In this document: piece by piece, positions 25,837 through 40,071 of the stretch | Numbering within the stretch: the first letter of the stretch is position 1 | Layout: each line of letters starts with the position of its first letter | Program-made: the position numbers and the translations under genes | Notes under the pieces: model-generated | The model's input: only the letters and a program-made list of their open reading frames with translations | Told to the model about the DNA's origin: nothing | Databases searched by the model: none | DNA from: the human T2T-CHM13v2.0 reference genome, Homo sapiens | DNA: 64,000 nucleotides | Assembly (NCBI RefSeq): GCF_009914755.1 | Contig: NC_060943.1 | Strand: one strand, 5' to 3'

Positions 25837-25920
25837 TGCTTCTTGGGTTCCTGGTGTGGGACCAGCGGTCTCGTGGCTCCATGTCTCTGCTTCTGCCCCT
25901 CCGGTCCCAGTCCCGGTCAC
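25837..25920 (-). CDS. PEG3: PEG3/ZIM2 coding exon (DRDWDRRGRSRDMEPRDRWSHTRNPRS)
   Basis: Acceptor cctgcttag|GT, donor A|gtgagt. 84 nt, phase 1-1. Confidence 0.93.
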
Positions 25921-26673
25921 CTAAGCAGGTGAGACATTCCAGTGGTTAACAAAGCTCTTTGACACACCTGTTTTCCCTGCATGTGCACAAACACCCCTCT
26001 GGAAAGAGATGCTACCCTCTTCCCACAAGGAGATGGATCCAAAACAGAGAGCTCCAGGTTCCCAGGCTCATCTGGCCCCTTCTTTATCATATACCCGCAA
26101 CATGGTTTCTGCAGGCTTTGCCCAAGTGGGGCTTGCTTCCAAGCAAGTTCCAAAGCTCAGTCCAGTAGCTAACCCCCACTTCAGACTCTTTGCTGGCTTC
26201 CCAGTTCCTAAGGGGCTGAGTCCACATTCAGGAGAATGGACTGCAGACCCCCTACTGTCTGGCAGCCGATCTTAAAGTACACGTTATTCTACTACCAAAA
26301 AAACAAAACCCAAGAAAACAACACACACACCCTCCCTGAAAGCAATGCTCCCTATAAAAGCTCACTGAAGCATCTTTAATGAACCTTCCTGAGGAGGCTG
26401 GGGGTACAGCTGGAAGCAGCCTGTTGCAAATTCCAAATAGCTTTATATACTTTATCGTTGAATAAAACGGTATTAAGTATTTAAGGTGTCTGTTTAGATA
26501 TAAAAATGTCTCATTATGACATCAATTAATTTACCCTCTCCTCAGATCTCTGAGTGAAGCTGACCACTCGGGGATGGCGGGTCATCTTCATGGAGGCCCC
26601 AACCCACTGTGTCTCCATCTGGAAGCATCTGGCAGCGCCTGCCCATGGGTGACCAGTGGGGATGGGTACTCAC

Positions 26674-26763
26674 CACTGAAAGAATGGACTGAGTGAGGTG
26701 GTGAGGACTCTCTTCTGTTCCGGGTCATGTCGTCGTCACTGGTCACGTCACTGTTGTTGTCGT
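26674..26763 (-). CDS. PEG3: PEG3/ZIM2 coding exon (DDNNSDVTSDDDMTRNRRESSPPHSVHSFS)
   Basis: Acceptor ctcttag|AC, donor G|gtgagt (alternative GT 3 nt earlier). 90 or 87 nt. Confidence 0.93.
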
Positions 26764-27345
26764 CTAAGAGGACACCGGTCGCCAAGTTACTATCTCTGGC
26801 CCACATTCTCACAATAGTTCCCCCCAATCCCTGAGCCGCATCTCCCTGTCACAGACACACATGGTTGGAATGACCTGATCCTGACATTTCTGAGCTCAAA
26901 ACCCTTCAGCGGCTTCCAACCACTCCTGGCATACTAAAAACTGGGTGGGGGGAGCATGGTGGCTGTGACCACCCCGACCTCACCCCCAGACACAAACAGC
27001 CAGAAGGCAACCTCCTAGCACACCACACCAAAAAGGCAGGAGCCATAGGAGGTTTTCTCCCTTCTACAGAAGTGTCTCCTTTCCCTCTCCTGACTCAGGA
27101 TGGTGGTTCTGCACTAGGGAGGTTTTGGCGACCAGGGGATACCTGGGCATGTGTGGAGACACTTTTGGTGGCCACACCCAGAAAATCATGATGCAGCTCA
27201 ATATCCCACAGTACACAGGACATCCCCACCGCTGCCCAGGACAGAGAGTTATCCAGTCCAGACCATGTCAGAAGTGTGGAGGCTGAGAGCCCCAGGGGAC
27301 ACCTGAGGCCTGCACTGACCACCAACACCCCGTGGAGACTCTCAC

Positions 27346-27739
27346 CTTCTGGTTGGTACATCTCCTTGTAATTCTCCAGCAGAGTGACGAGCTTCTCACA
27401 GTTCTCCGGCTTTTTTGCTCGCACCCAAGGCTTGAGCTTTTCAGGGATGATGGTCAGGTACTGCTCAAGGACCAAGAGCTCGATGATCTCCTCCTTGGTG
27501 CGGGTCTCCGGCTGCAACCAATCGAGGCAGAGGTTTCGGAGTTTGATCAGGGTCTTCCGAGGCCCAACAAATTCCACATAGATTAGGTTCCGAAACCTCT
27601 GATGAAAAAACTCAGAGTCAGTTGGACCTTCTCCTATGATGACATCCGGCTCCTTAGTCAAGTCACTGTCTAGCTCATACAGATTTGGGGCCCAGGACTT
27701 CTTAGGTTTGGTGGCAGACAAGTGCTTTGGAGGCAGCAT
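27346..27739 (-). CDS. PEG3: PEG3 first coding segment, SCAN domain
   Basis: ATG at 27739 (MLPPKHLS). SCAN motif FHQRFRNL...GPRKTLIKLRNLCLDWLQPE...IIELLVLEQYLTIIP. Donor AAG|gtgaga. The exon acceptor atccacag|GT at 27825 adds 86 nt of UTR. Confidence 0.96.
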
Positions 27740-29472
27740 TTCTCTAAGTAAAATTTTCACTGGAGGAACCAAACATGAGTCAACAGGAAAGACGCGGCAG
27801 CCTGTGACCGTCAGTACTCAGGGACCTGTGGATCGTAAGGAGATATACACATGTCCCAGAAGTTGAAGACCAGGCAGCAGTGGAGGCCACCTTACCAGAG
27901 GCATCGACAATGCTTTTGGGATATGGGAGTCCCCAGTAAATAGGCAAACAACCGCACAAAGTTGGCCTCAGCACAGCAGTTACAAGCATGACCTCTGGGC
28001 TTCACAGAGACCTACTCGAGGAGTTAGCTCGGCTACTAACTTGGGCTACTAACTTGGGACTGTGGGCAACTTGTCTAATGCCCTAGAAGTCTCTCTGTAA
28101 TCTGAGAAATAAGAATAACAGCACCTCCATCCCTTTCAGAATTGTGAAGCTTAAATAAACTAAGATACCTAAAAAGACTTAACTGCCCAATGCAAGGCAC
28201 AAGAGAAATGTTCAAGGCCCTAGCCAGTACTAAAATCAGACGTCAGCACGTTTATTAGCAAAAATGAAAAGGGGAAGTAGGAGTTGGGGCAAATCCTCCC
28301 CTAACATTTCTTCCCTTAACACAATTATTAAAACACAGTATACAACATGTAAAAAATGGAAGACCATTCAAAAATATTAAAAGTACTCAACTCTAGGTAA
28401 TATGACATTATTCCCTCACACAGTGAGAAGTGACCATTGAGCCTCTTGATGCTACTGCACGTTCTTTTGCCTTCATCAATCTTGACAAAGGTCTAATCTG
28501 TCTAAAAGAACCGGCTTTCTGTTTTGACATTCCTTTCTTACTGTTTCTTTACTTAGTTCATTTATTTCCTTCTCTTTATTTTATTATCTGCCCCCTTCCA
28601 TTTTTTAAACTTTTGAGATTGGACATAAATGTAAAGATTTTCAATCTCTCCTTTTTTTTTATGTAACCAAGTAAAGCTATACATTTCCTTAAAGCATTTT
28701 TGCTATTATTTGCATTTTATTGCGTATTTTAATGACTGGTCAGCACATCTGGTGCAACTAAGTAAGGCAATATGGGAAAGAAATCTAGGTCTGGGAGCAT
28801 AAACTACCTACTGGCTTTACTTCCAGAGAAGAAAAAAAACCATATGCAACAGAAATTTTCTCCCTTTGTTTTAAAAGGAAAGCAAGTTTAAATTTTTTAA
28901 TTTGGAAAAAGTCTAAAGGAAAACTGAAGGTGTTTCCATTATTCAGAGTCTCTCATTAGACATTATCACTTGCAAATCAATGTGGTAATCACGGTAAACT
29001 CATGTTTACTCGTCTCAGTGATGGGCTCCCACTTCCCTCCCTATGCAAACTGCCCTCCCACGCTCTCTCCTGCATATTATCATCCCATGGAGCTTGGGCA
29101 CCATCCAATGCAAATGCCTCGATCCTGAAGACCTTAGCGACTGGACTATTTCCTTGCTGCCTTCCTTCATAGGACTGAGAAACCACGGAGAGCACAACAT
29201 AGATAATGCTCTGCTGGGCAGAAGAATCCCAAAGCAAGGGAAGGCAACAGACCAGAGAGTCCAGGCTCCAGATGATTGGTGTGACATTTCAGACATGGTC
29301 ACTCTAACCCAGGACAGGGCAAGAGCAGAGGTCTGTGCCTGTGAGGGAGACAGGCAAGGGCAGACGGCCCAACTCTGTTATGTGGCAGACAGACTCAGGA
29401 GAACACTCTGGTACCTGAAATGATACTAGCCCTCATCCTCAGGCAACAAGATACCCTCAGATATGTAATCAC

Positions 29473-29548
29473 CTGTCTGGGAACAGGATCCTTTCTGGAA
29501 CTTCAGACCAAGCAGCTATCCACAGGAACAGAGTCAAAACACAGGTAT
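29473..29548 (-). other. PEG3: PEG3/ZIM2 5'UTR exon 3 (76 nt)
   Basis: Pyrimidine tract and ttctgcag| acceptor, CAG|gtgatt donor. Confidence 0.75.
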
Positions 29549-29619
29549 CTGCAGAAGTTTTAAAGGAAGAAATACACAGACTAAGAATATGAAAGACATG
29601 TAGAAGGAGTGTCAGAGAA

Positions 29620-31150
29620 TTAACTCCCCAAACAACTGGGGACTCAAATAGCACTGGGGTGATGCCTTCTATACCTTCGGGGAAAGGCCATTCCCATGCT
29701 ATATAAACCATGCCAGACAGGAGAAATAAAAAGCTTTCAAACTGTCTTTATGAAACCAGAACAAGTCAAAAACGCAAGACAAAGATATCACTAAGAAACC
29801 ACGAACCAAAACTCATGAAAGCAGAAATAAAAGTCTTAATGCTGCTATTATTGAACATTATTCTATGCAGTTCTACTCAATTACAATAAGACAAGAAAAA
29901 CACATCTGAGGCACAGAGAGATAAAACTAACATTCCCTTATGTAAGATCTATACACATATATATGCTTCTATTCTGTGAATTTCTCTCCCTAACAGACAT
30001 GAATTGAAGCATAAAGTACCCTAGGTGAAAGCTATATATCAGAATGGCAGGCTTATAGAGTTCAATAGGAAACCAATAATTTTTTTAAAGAAAATACAAA
30101 TAGCCCAACCTGACTCAAGAAGCAGAGAAAAATATGACCACTAGGGAAGAAATCTAAAAAGCTGAAATAATGTAAAGAGCAACTTCCCAAGTAAACTTTC
30201 TGTGAATAAAATATTTACCGTGTTATAAAAACCATTCCAGAGCACAGAAAAGAGATGGAGGACTTCCTACAATTAATTTTGTGACCACTTGAATGCCCAT
30301 ATGTATCTTGTCACAAGGTGGATGCCAACTTCTGTGCCAAAAAAAATAAAACACATTGCTTTTCCTCAAGAAATTCAGGATTAAACATACACAATCTTCC
30401 CTTAACATGCTCAAGATTTTCTGACCAGGCCAATAGAACTTGGCCCTTGGTCAATAGAAGCCATTGAAAAATGGAAGTTATTTTTTTAACAGAAAAACCT
30501 TAAAAAAAAAAATCAGATCTGAGCTACTTCCCACCATGGCAGAGGAAACTCATTTGGGAGTAAAGAAAGGCTTTGGAAACAAAACAATCAATCATAAAGC
30601 CGGGCAACATATGTTTGTATGCACGGGAAGAAACAAGTACACTCATATACTGCCTGTGGCAATGCAAATTTTATCAAAATTAAAAGTGCACATATCCTCC
30701 TCTCCTACAAATTCTACTTCTATGAATTTACCTCAGAGATATGTAATGACCTATGTGCAAGAATATATTCATTGAAGTGTTGTTAATAGACAAGATATGT
30801 TATGTTTGTATAATGAATTACTATGAAACCCTTTAAAATAAGGCAACTCTAAATAAATGAGTATGAAATGATCTCCAAGATAGTTAAGTGCAAAACCGGA
30901 CACAGCACTGTATACAGCATTCTAAGAAACTAAAAAAAGATGTGCTTAGACAGATGATTTCTAGAAGGATATATAAGAGACTATTAATGATGACTAATCG
31001 CAATTGCCTCTGGGGAAGGGAACTAGGGGTCAGGAAAGGGAGGGCAACTTACTTTTTCATTGTATATTCTCCTTTTGTTTTTTGTTTTTATTTTTATTTT
31101 ACCATGAGCATGTATTACCTAGTCAAAAAAATAAATTCAAAGTTAAAACA
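29620..31150 (+). mobile_element. Highly decayed L1M fragments
   Basis: A-rich L1 ORF2 and 3'UTR-like motifs, e.g. accatgagcatgtattacc. Confidence 0.5.
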
Positions 31151-32154
31151 AAACAATAAACAAAACTACCAGTAGAGGCCTTTAGAGGTTGTGCTACTCA
31201 CAGAGCAGGTGCAGGCAGCCGTAACATCTTTACACTGATGCTGAGCCCAGGCTCTCCCCGCATCGCCTCCCTATCACCATCCACAGCTTGAATCCATAGT
31301 CATACCCTAACCTGGCCATTAGCAGGTACATGAAAGTCAATTTAGAAAACCCTAAAGAATCAACTTTGAAACCTGTTAGACCCAATAAATACTTATGATA
31401 TTGCAGTTGCAATCTGAATATACCCCTCAATTACACCCAACAACTGTCAGTACATAAATACAATGCCATCCCCTATCTTGGCAATTCCACTTCTGAAATC
31501 TAACTCACAGACCCATCTGCCCATGTGCACAAAGATATACAGTTCAAAAGTGTGTTCACAGAAGCACTGTTTACAACAGCAGAGAACAGGGACAGTCAAA
31601 CAAATGCTCAAGCGTAATTCCAATGGCAGAGACCACTGAAAGGCCACCACGTGGGAGACAGGAAAATAAAGATGGGTCCAACTTTTCTGCACTATAAAAA
31701 CCAACCAAAATAAAAACCAAGCAAAAAGGGAGGGGGAAAAGTATTTTATAACACAGATGACAGTTAATGTTTGAAATGTAAAAGGCTTTTGGCATTAGGA
31801 AAAATAGCCCAATATGAAAATAAACAACACTAATACACAGAGTTCCTAAAATTAGTGATAATAAAGGCCGGTTACTTAACATCAAAAATCAAAGAAATGT
31901 AAAATATTACAATAAACCTTTTTTGACCTGTCGAATGGGCAAATGTTTAAAAGATGAAAATTGATGCTAGTGAGGGTGTAGAGAAGCTAGCTGGTGCAGG
32001 CATGAACCACATTTCTGGATCCCATTTTGGCCACTGTTTAAAGATACTAAAAAAAACACCTACTTCTTTTGAACCAGCAATTCTCCATTTAAGAACAAAT
32101 ATAGCCAAGTAGATAAAATGATAATAAGAAAAAAAAGCTAAAAAGTCAGCTGCA

Positions 32155-32446
32155 GCTGGGCGCAGTGGCTCACGCCTGTAATCCCAGCACTTTGGGAGGC
32201 CGAGGCGGGTAGATTACCTGAGGTCAGGAGTTCGAGACCAGCCTGGCCAACATGGTGAAACTCCATCTCTACTAAAAATACAAAAATTAGCTGGGCGTGG
32301 TGGCAGTAATCCCAGCTACTCAGGAGGCTGAGGCAGGAGAATCACTTGGACCCAGGAGGCAGAGGTTGCAGTGAGCCAAAATCGCACCACTGCGCTCCAG
32401 CCTGGGCAACAGAGCGAGACTCCATCTCAAAAAAAAAAAAAAAAAA
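32155..32446 (+). mobile_element. AluS with TSD aaaagtcagctgca
   Basis: Full Alu with A tail and flanking direct repeat. Confidence 0.96.
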
Positions 32447-33861
32447 GTCAGCTGCACACTATGGTTTAACCTTTGTATGTACAGCTAATTTCTGGTTTGT
32501 AAAAGGTAAAACCTTGAACACAAAATAATGGCAGGTAACACATTTTACACATGGAATGGTGGGAAGGGACGAGCACCACTGACAGGGAAACGTGTTCTGT
32601 TGTGTTACTGCTATGTAACCACAGTCCTAACACAAGTCACATTAGAGCAACCCAGAGCCAAAGGCAGGAAGAGGAAGTGCTGGTCAACCTTCTCCTGCAG
32701 GGCTACCTGACACAAGGTGGGCCATATGCAATGAGGTTAGCTGCCTTCCTGGCCGAGTGGCCCAACCCTTAGCCTTGGATTCACCCCGTCCTCTACTTGC
32801 TGCCCAAAGGGCAACTAGCAGTGGGGCCAGATGCTGAAATTTGCACCTGCCAGGGCCACATACTTACCTCACCCTGACTGGGGAAGACCAGATCCCACGT
32901 GACCTTCTGTGACAGCGAGTCTGGCCAATCAAAAGCATAACTGCTCTGCCCACTTGGCCCCCACTTCCCCAGGCCAGCTTCTCCATGGCAACAGCCACGC
33001 CTACCACTGAAGAAAACAGAAGATACGTGTTTGCAGGTGCTGAGAGGAAGAAAGGTCTAAAGGCTTGCCTGATGCTATCAAATGAAATATTAAAGCTGAG
33101 GAGTTAATCTGCCTGAGGATGGCCTAAACGGGCCATCAATAAAAACGTAGCTTATTAATCAGAGCTGTGCTTGAAGATGTATGAATCCAACAGAACAACA
33201 GAGCACCTGTATTTATACCCTACCGCAAGGCTCCATGGGCAAAGACTCTGTTACCTTTTTCATCTCTATATTTTTATAGGTGTTCAATAAACATTATTTG
33301 CATATAGATGCAAAAACATTTAATAAACCCAAACTAACAAAGTCCAAATAATAGCCCATGATCTTGAAAGGCTATTCCAGGAATACAAGGAGGATGTCCC
33401 ATCAGGGTAAACTGTTACATAAAGGATGAAAGGGGAAGGGGAGCCCACAAGCAGTATTTCAAGTTAAAAAACATTTGCAAACTTCAACAGCCTTTCCTCA
33501 TAAATTCTTAGCAGAGTAAAAGCAGGAGACCATCTAAGCATTATAAAGACTTATCTCAAATACATGCAAACAAGCATGTTATTAAACATTAAAGATGTTC
33601 CTCTGGAAGTGGGGACAAGGAAGGGACAGCTATACCACAACTACAATTTAACATGACCCTGGAAGTCCTAGCTAGTGCAACTGAAGAAAAAGAAAAGTAT
33701 AAATATGGGGCAAGCATTATTTTGAACTACAAAACCTTATGAGTAAATACAGCAAGAGAAATAATTCCCATTAATAGCAAAACAAATAAATAAATCTCCA
33801 TAAATAAATTTAACAAAGTTACCTGCAACTTCAAACAAAATTTCAAAAATTTACAGAAGGA

Positions 33862-34055
33862 ACACAAAAATTAGCCGGGTGTGGTGGCATGAGCCTGTAA
33901 TCCAAACTACTCAAGAGGCTGATGCAGGGGGGCCCTGGGAGGTGGAGGGGGCAGTGGGCTAAGATCATGCCCCTGCATTCCAGCCTGGGTGACAGAACTA
34001 GACTGAATCACCAAAAAAATAAAAAACAATAAAAAATAAAATAAAATAAAATAAA
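33862..34055 (+). mobile_element. Partial diverged Alu (right arm) within L1M fragments
   Basis: aaaaattagccgggtgtggtggc ... ctgcattccagcctgggtgacaga and (TAAAA)n tail. Confidence 0.85.
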
Positions 34056-36663
34056 TGACAGAAGGGCAATAAGTCTGAAATAAATACATAAAGACACGTG
34101 TATCACATTTAAAAAGCTCCTTTTTATTTTGAGGTGGGGAGTTTTGACAAACTGATAATCCAGTTCTTCTGGAAGAATAAATGTACAAGAATATCAAGAC
34201 AACCCTGCATAAGGTCTATTTGGAGTGGGAGGTGGTTTGTCTGTAAAATGACTCCAACACACAAAAATAAAGTGTTTTTTCCAATATAAGGATATAAGCA
34301 CTAGGACAAATATACCACTGGGACATAACAGAGTCCAGAATTCAACTGTGTAAAAGTCTATAGACACATGGGGACTTAATTTATAATAAAGGACTGGAAA
34401 TGGATTCCTTATTTAAATATAAACTAGGAACTTTCTTACAGCTAAATGGCAAAGGATAACTTTAACAAAAAGGCCATGACAGGACCGCTAATACCTCAGT
34501 GTTTGGTTACTCAAGCATGCATTTCTAGAATTAGGGTTGGCCTTTGACGTTAGGAAAGGCCAATATAACCACTGCTGGCATGGAGCCTCCCCTAAGAAAT
34601 TAGGTATTTCAGCTACACATCTCTGGAAGGCTAAGGCCACTAGGGCCAGTGACAAACATACTTTGTTCTAAGTAAGTTACTGCATCCAAAAATCAGCATC
34701 TCTCCTGAGTTTTCATTAAACAAGGAATGAAAACAAAGTATTTAGCAAAATGTTACATAACCATTAAGTCGTGTTGTCAAGGAATGTTACAGCTTTATTT
34801 TCTGATTATAAAAATAAAACACAGCACTACATGCAGGTATTGCAAAACATTCACCATAGAAACTGCAAGCCACACCCACTGGTTAACTTTGTTGCTATTA
34901 ATAAATCTTAAAATCTATACTTATGTTGTTCTTACTGCAAATATTCCCATTTACGTGTACACAGAGAATGAGAATGTCCACACAATGGAATATAATGCAG
35001 TTTTCAGAAAGCAAAGCTATAGATGGAGACCTTGAGTGTGAACTGTTTAATAAATGGCATGATCTCATGTATGTAAAAAATAATCAAACATATGGCAGTA
35101 CATACAAACTAAACTGGAAGAAAACTCACATAAACTTGTATTAAGACTATTCATAAAATAGAGGAAATCTATCAGAATAAATGATTAATAATAACAAGTC
35201 TCTGTTTCTTTTTCCATCTCTATTTAAAATGTTATTTTAACTTCGCAATCAGGAAAAAAACTGAATATAAAAATGTAAGTAAATGCAATTACTGTTTCCT
35301 AGCGTGTTTGTTTTCCTTCCTGCCCAGCTTGTTACAGCACATCAGGCCCTGCCCTTTCTCTGCTGGGTTCCCCATAATACAATCTCCCTCTGACCCTTAA
35401 GCACTCCCACCGACAGTACCCTGTGGTCACCATCTGTACCTCCCCTCTCCAGTGACTGTACCACAGAGGGGGCTAACACGCATCAAGCTCCACACCCAAA
35501 TCCTCACTTCATTGACAGCTGTCTAGCCGTCATATGGCTCAAGACTGAACTCTGGCCCACAGGGCAAACCCATATCCTTCCTGGCTTGAAGGTGGGCTCC
35601 CACACACCCCTCATTACTAAAGCTTCCATATCTCCCTCTGCTCTCTCTTCAGAGCAGGACTCAGTGTTAAGTAGTAGCCAACAGCAGTTAGGGGCACACA
35701 AGGGCTAGCTGACTCTGGGCCAGGGGACAAAGAAAGGTCACCAACTTCAAGGGGAGGGAGGAGAGGCGCCAAGTGATGGGGCCACTAATAAAGGATCCCT
35801 CTACACAGCCAGGCAGGAAGGGTGCTTCTGGGAGTCTGGCGTTCTTTGATCTCCAAAGGATGTTTTCTTTACACTAGATGTCTAAACATGAAACCTCTCT
35901 GTATACAGAACAAGCCTGGCGCTGCCTGCTGCATGACAGCATTGCCATTGAAGTCTGGATGGTGGTACTGATGCCATTCTTTGGATATTTTATGACACTT
36001 TACTTCTATTCCATTAAAATGAGTAGGAAATAAAAGCATGGCTCTTACAATTAATATAACACATAATAAAGATGAAACTCATCAGGCATCCTTGCCAGAA
36101 GTCAGGGAAGATCCATGGCTTTAATCAGAGAAATGATGGGTCAGTGTTCAACTGAGCAGGGAAGAACTTAATGAAAGAACACATCATGCACTAGAAAGCG
36201 TCTGGGACCATGTGTGAGAAGAAATCCTGTGACTCCGGTTTGGCCTCAGGCTCCCACATCCCATCTGATGCAGGAGAAAATCCACCGAGTCTCCTTCAGT
36301 CCCATTTCTATTTACTTACTTTGGTCCCTCACCATGGTGCACCTAGATTCAGCCCCCTAACTCGTTCTACCTACCTCATTAAAAGGGGGCTGGAATTGAG
36401 AACTTTAAAGTCAGGAACCGAGGAGGTTACTCTCTTCGTCTCCCAGGGACAGCGTGGTGTGTGGTCTCGTCTCTCTTCTTGTTTGCTCCATTCTCCTGCC
36501 TCTCTCTGCAGACCGACATTCTCTACTTCAGCACGCACATGGAGTAAGATGCTGTCCCAGCCCAGGCCTACGTCACCTCCCAGTTTAAATGCCCGACACT
36601 CAGTGTCCCTTCATCCAAATTCTCAGTATGAAAGTGCATGCTACAGCCTGATTCCTTCTAGGG

Positions 36664-36819
36664 CAGTGGTTCTCAAACTCAGACGTGCAGAAGAGTTGCC
36701 TAGGGTGCTTATGAAATACGGAGCTACCTTTCCAGGTGGGATGACTCAGGAGGTCTGTGGTTCCCCAGGAAAGAAGCATTCCTACAATCACTCCAGGAGC
36801 TGTTCTTTGAGAACCACTG
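36664..36819. mobile_element. MER5-type hAT MITE
   Basis: Perfect 14-bp terminal inverted repeats CAGTGGTTCTCAAA / TTTGAGAACCACTG with an 8-bp TSD-like pair ttctaggg / ctctaagg. Confidence 0.88.
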
Positions 36820-39102
36820 CTCTAAGGTATCCAGTCTGGTCCAATCACCTATGAATAAGGTACATATGGGACATAGGGACTTTAGAGGGAAAATTTTATA
36901 TAGGAGCAAGGAGTAAATGACCACCAACTCCATCTCACAGGCCACAACCTCCACCCTCTGGTCTGTTGGCTGGCTTCTCTCAGATAATCTCAACATCCTG
37001 GGCTTATTTCTACCACATTAAGCTTAGCACTTACCACACTGCAGCAAAATCTCCTTGTTGTTGTCCATCCTTGAGAGATTTCCCCAAAAGTTTAGAAAGA
37101 GAGGAAATAATATCTAAGAGTTCAGTCTTATGACCAGCACAAAATGGTTCAAGACAAATAAAGCTACTTTAAAGAGACAAAATGTCTTCCAGAACAGTAT
37201 GAGTTATTTGACTATATTCTAATAACAATAATTGGCTCATCTGATTTTTTTAAGGGGAGGGAGTACTAAAAAGTAGGCCACAAAGCTTGGTCCATCCAAC
37301 CATCTACAGGATAGTGAACAACTCTCATCAGACCTAACTTGAATGGAGTTTGGGGAGGACAAGGGTGTTAGATAAGGGGCTTCCGATATCTTGGTAACCC
37401 TAAGCAAGGGTTTCACTGTGACAACATGGCTGTACCAGGCTATGTGACAAACCAGCGCTATTAAAGCTCACCCACATCCTCTTGGTTCTGATTCCGTACT
37501 CACCAAGCAACCTTCTCATTATGGTTGTGTTTCCCATGTAGGTCTGCCTACAGGGAGAGAATTTGCTGATCATACACACTGCTGAGTACTTGGGTCCCTG
37601 CTATTGTACTCCTACCATGAATTAATAAACCAGAATTGTGGGAACAGGAACATCCTATTTCAAGTCACATGTCAGTACGGTTTTAAGTCTCCTGAGCTTA
37701 GTTAAATGTGGATCTACCAACATGAGCCCTCGGGCAAAGGAGGTTTCCAAGTCTCCACAGGGTTAAGCACCATAATGCATATCTTGAGCACTGAGGCCAG
37801 GAATACACCAACCCATCCCAAGGGCTCACCTGGTCATGTCAGCTTCTCCCTAAGCAGTATTCCACCACCACCATAGCCACCTATCTTGGTAAACACATTC
37901 TTACTCTTCTTGTGATGGGAGTTTCCATTCAGTAGACACTGAGGCCAGGGATTATGTCATTCACTTCTGGAGACTCTAAGCCTGGCATGATCCTGTCCTG
38001 GATCAGGCCCAGTATCAATGCTTGCTAACAAATGAACAAACAGACAACCTCTAGCTATGTGCTTGCTTCCCCACATCATGTGACTCACTGTGCCTCCTCT
38101 GAATCAGTCAGCAGGCCATGAACAGAGAAAGTGAGGAGTCTCCCTCCTCAACACCTCTCAAATAATCTACCCACTTCACTCCTCCCTGTGATATGACCAC
38201 AAACCAAGCCACCATCTCTCACCCAGGCCCAAGTTGGTCTCCCCACACCCACTGCGTCCACCCTCCCCTTCTGCACCCTGAAACCAGATGATCTTTTTAA
38301 AACCACAAATCTGATTATCATGATACTCCCATGGTTAAAAGCACTTCCCGCTGCACTTAAGGTCAAGCCCAGTTACTCACCACAGATTACAAGTCTTTTC
38401 ACAATGAAACCACAACTTACCTTCTTCCTACCTCAATCAGATGCCACTCAACGATTCCCTTGCTCTAGGAATCCTGGATTTTCAGCTCCTCTCTCTGCAT
38501 CTCTCAACAACAACCCTATCCCCTCTGCTGAGACTACTCTCCCCATGACACACACCATTCACACTCCTTCAGGGCTCAGCTTTAATGTTCTTTACCATCT
38601 CAGGGAGGCCCCTATGTGGCCTCTCTAAGATTAAGTCAGCTGTTGCTAGCAGATGTTCTCTTGCAAAAGTATAAATCAAACAATTATGTTTTCCACAGCT
38701 TTAATTCCCAAATAGACTAAAAACTCTTTGAAAACACTTCCTTTCCCCCATTGGGGCTATGTCCCAGTACCTGGCACAAAGTACACACTTGATCAATATT
38801 CACAAATGAGTGGATGAATCTCTCATGCTTCTTTAATCACCAGGCAAGAGAAAAAGAGTAGCCCTGAAGGAGTAGCTGAGTATGAGAAAAAGAGGGAGGA
38901 TACTGAAATGGATGGTGTGAGGCCAAGGAGAATTTTTAGAGAATACACAATCCACCAGAAGAGTCTGGGTGTTCTCAGAGGGCACAAATGGTGCTGGGGT
39001 GGCTATGTGGAACACATATGCAGTAGGAAAGTGTCAGAGTAAGGAAGTGCGGTGGTCACTCCAAAGATGAATGTGGCACTGTGAGGAGGAAATTCAACTC
39101 AC

Positions 39103-39189
39103 CTGGACCCAGCCACCTAGCGTTTGGACCTAGTCCCTCTTCCTCTCGCCAGTCGTCTCCAAGAAGGACGGAAGATCAAGAAGGCAAAG
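39103..39189 (-). other. PEG3: PEG3/ZIM2 5'UTR exon 2 (87 nt)
   Basis: Strong acceptor ttttcttttcctctacag| and donor CAG|gtgagt. Confidence 0.85.
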
Positions 39190-39772
39190 CTGTAGAGGAA
39201 AAGAAAATGTGAGACGCCAAGTTTATTTTGCAGTTACTGGGTTCCTCAGGGGGGAACAATACCACAACAGTTCCACATTTATCTTCTATGATGGCACAGG
39301 TCAAATGAGACCATGAAAAGCATCCCATCCAGGATGAATGGCCACGGGTATAGCTCCCTTAGACCACCTCACACCCTGGGATGTACTCATAGACTTTCTC
39401 CAACAAGGTTACATCAAAGGCATTCAAGTCAATTTCTGGGGTGTCTTACAACCTTCTCTGGGGCTCTAGATTAAGGAATCAATTCAAGAACCCCATTTTT
39501 GGTGCTGGCCGTCCCCATGTTAGGACCGCTATCCTATCGTTATTATTAGGTAATAGTACCCTTTATCACGTAAAATATTTTAGGGTTTATCAACATGTTC
39601 TCAGTGGACTAATAGGACATAGTCCAAGTCCCACTGCACCTCAGAGTATGTGTTCAATCAATTAGAGGTCCCTGGGGGAAGGACCTTCATGATTATGAGA
39701 CTGGTTTATATTCCAAGAGTCAGGTGGGCATATTTTGGTGAGGTTAAAGAGCTTATTAAAAACTATTCAAAG

Positions 39773-40071
<299 letters not shown>

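Noticed and set aside
27095-27345. Extension of the SCAN ORF past YQPE (GESLHGVLVV...)
   Set aside because: Read-through beyond a strong splice donor at 27345; an alternative longer exon cannot be shown from sequence alone.
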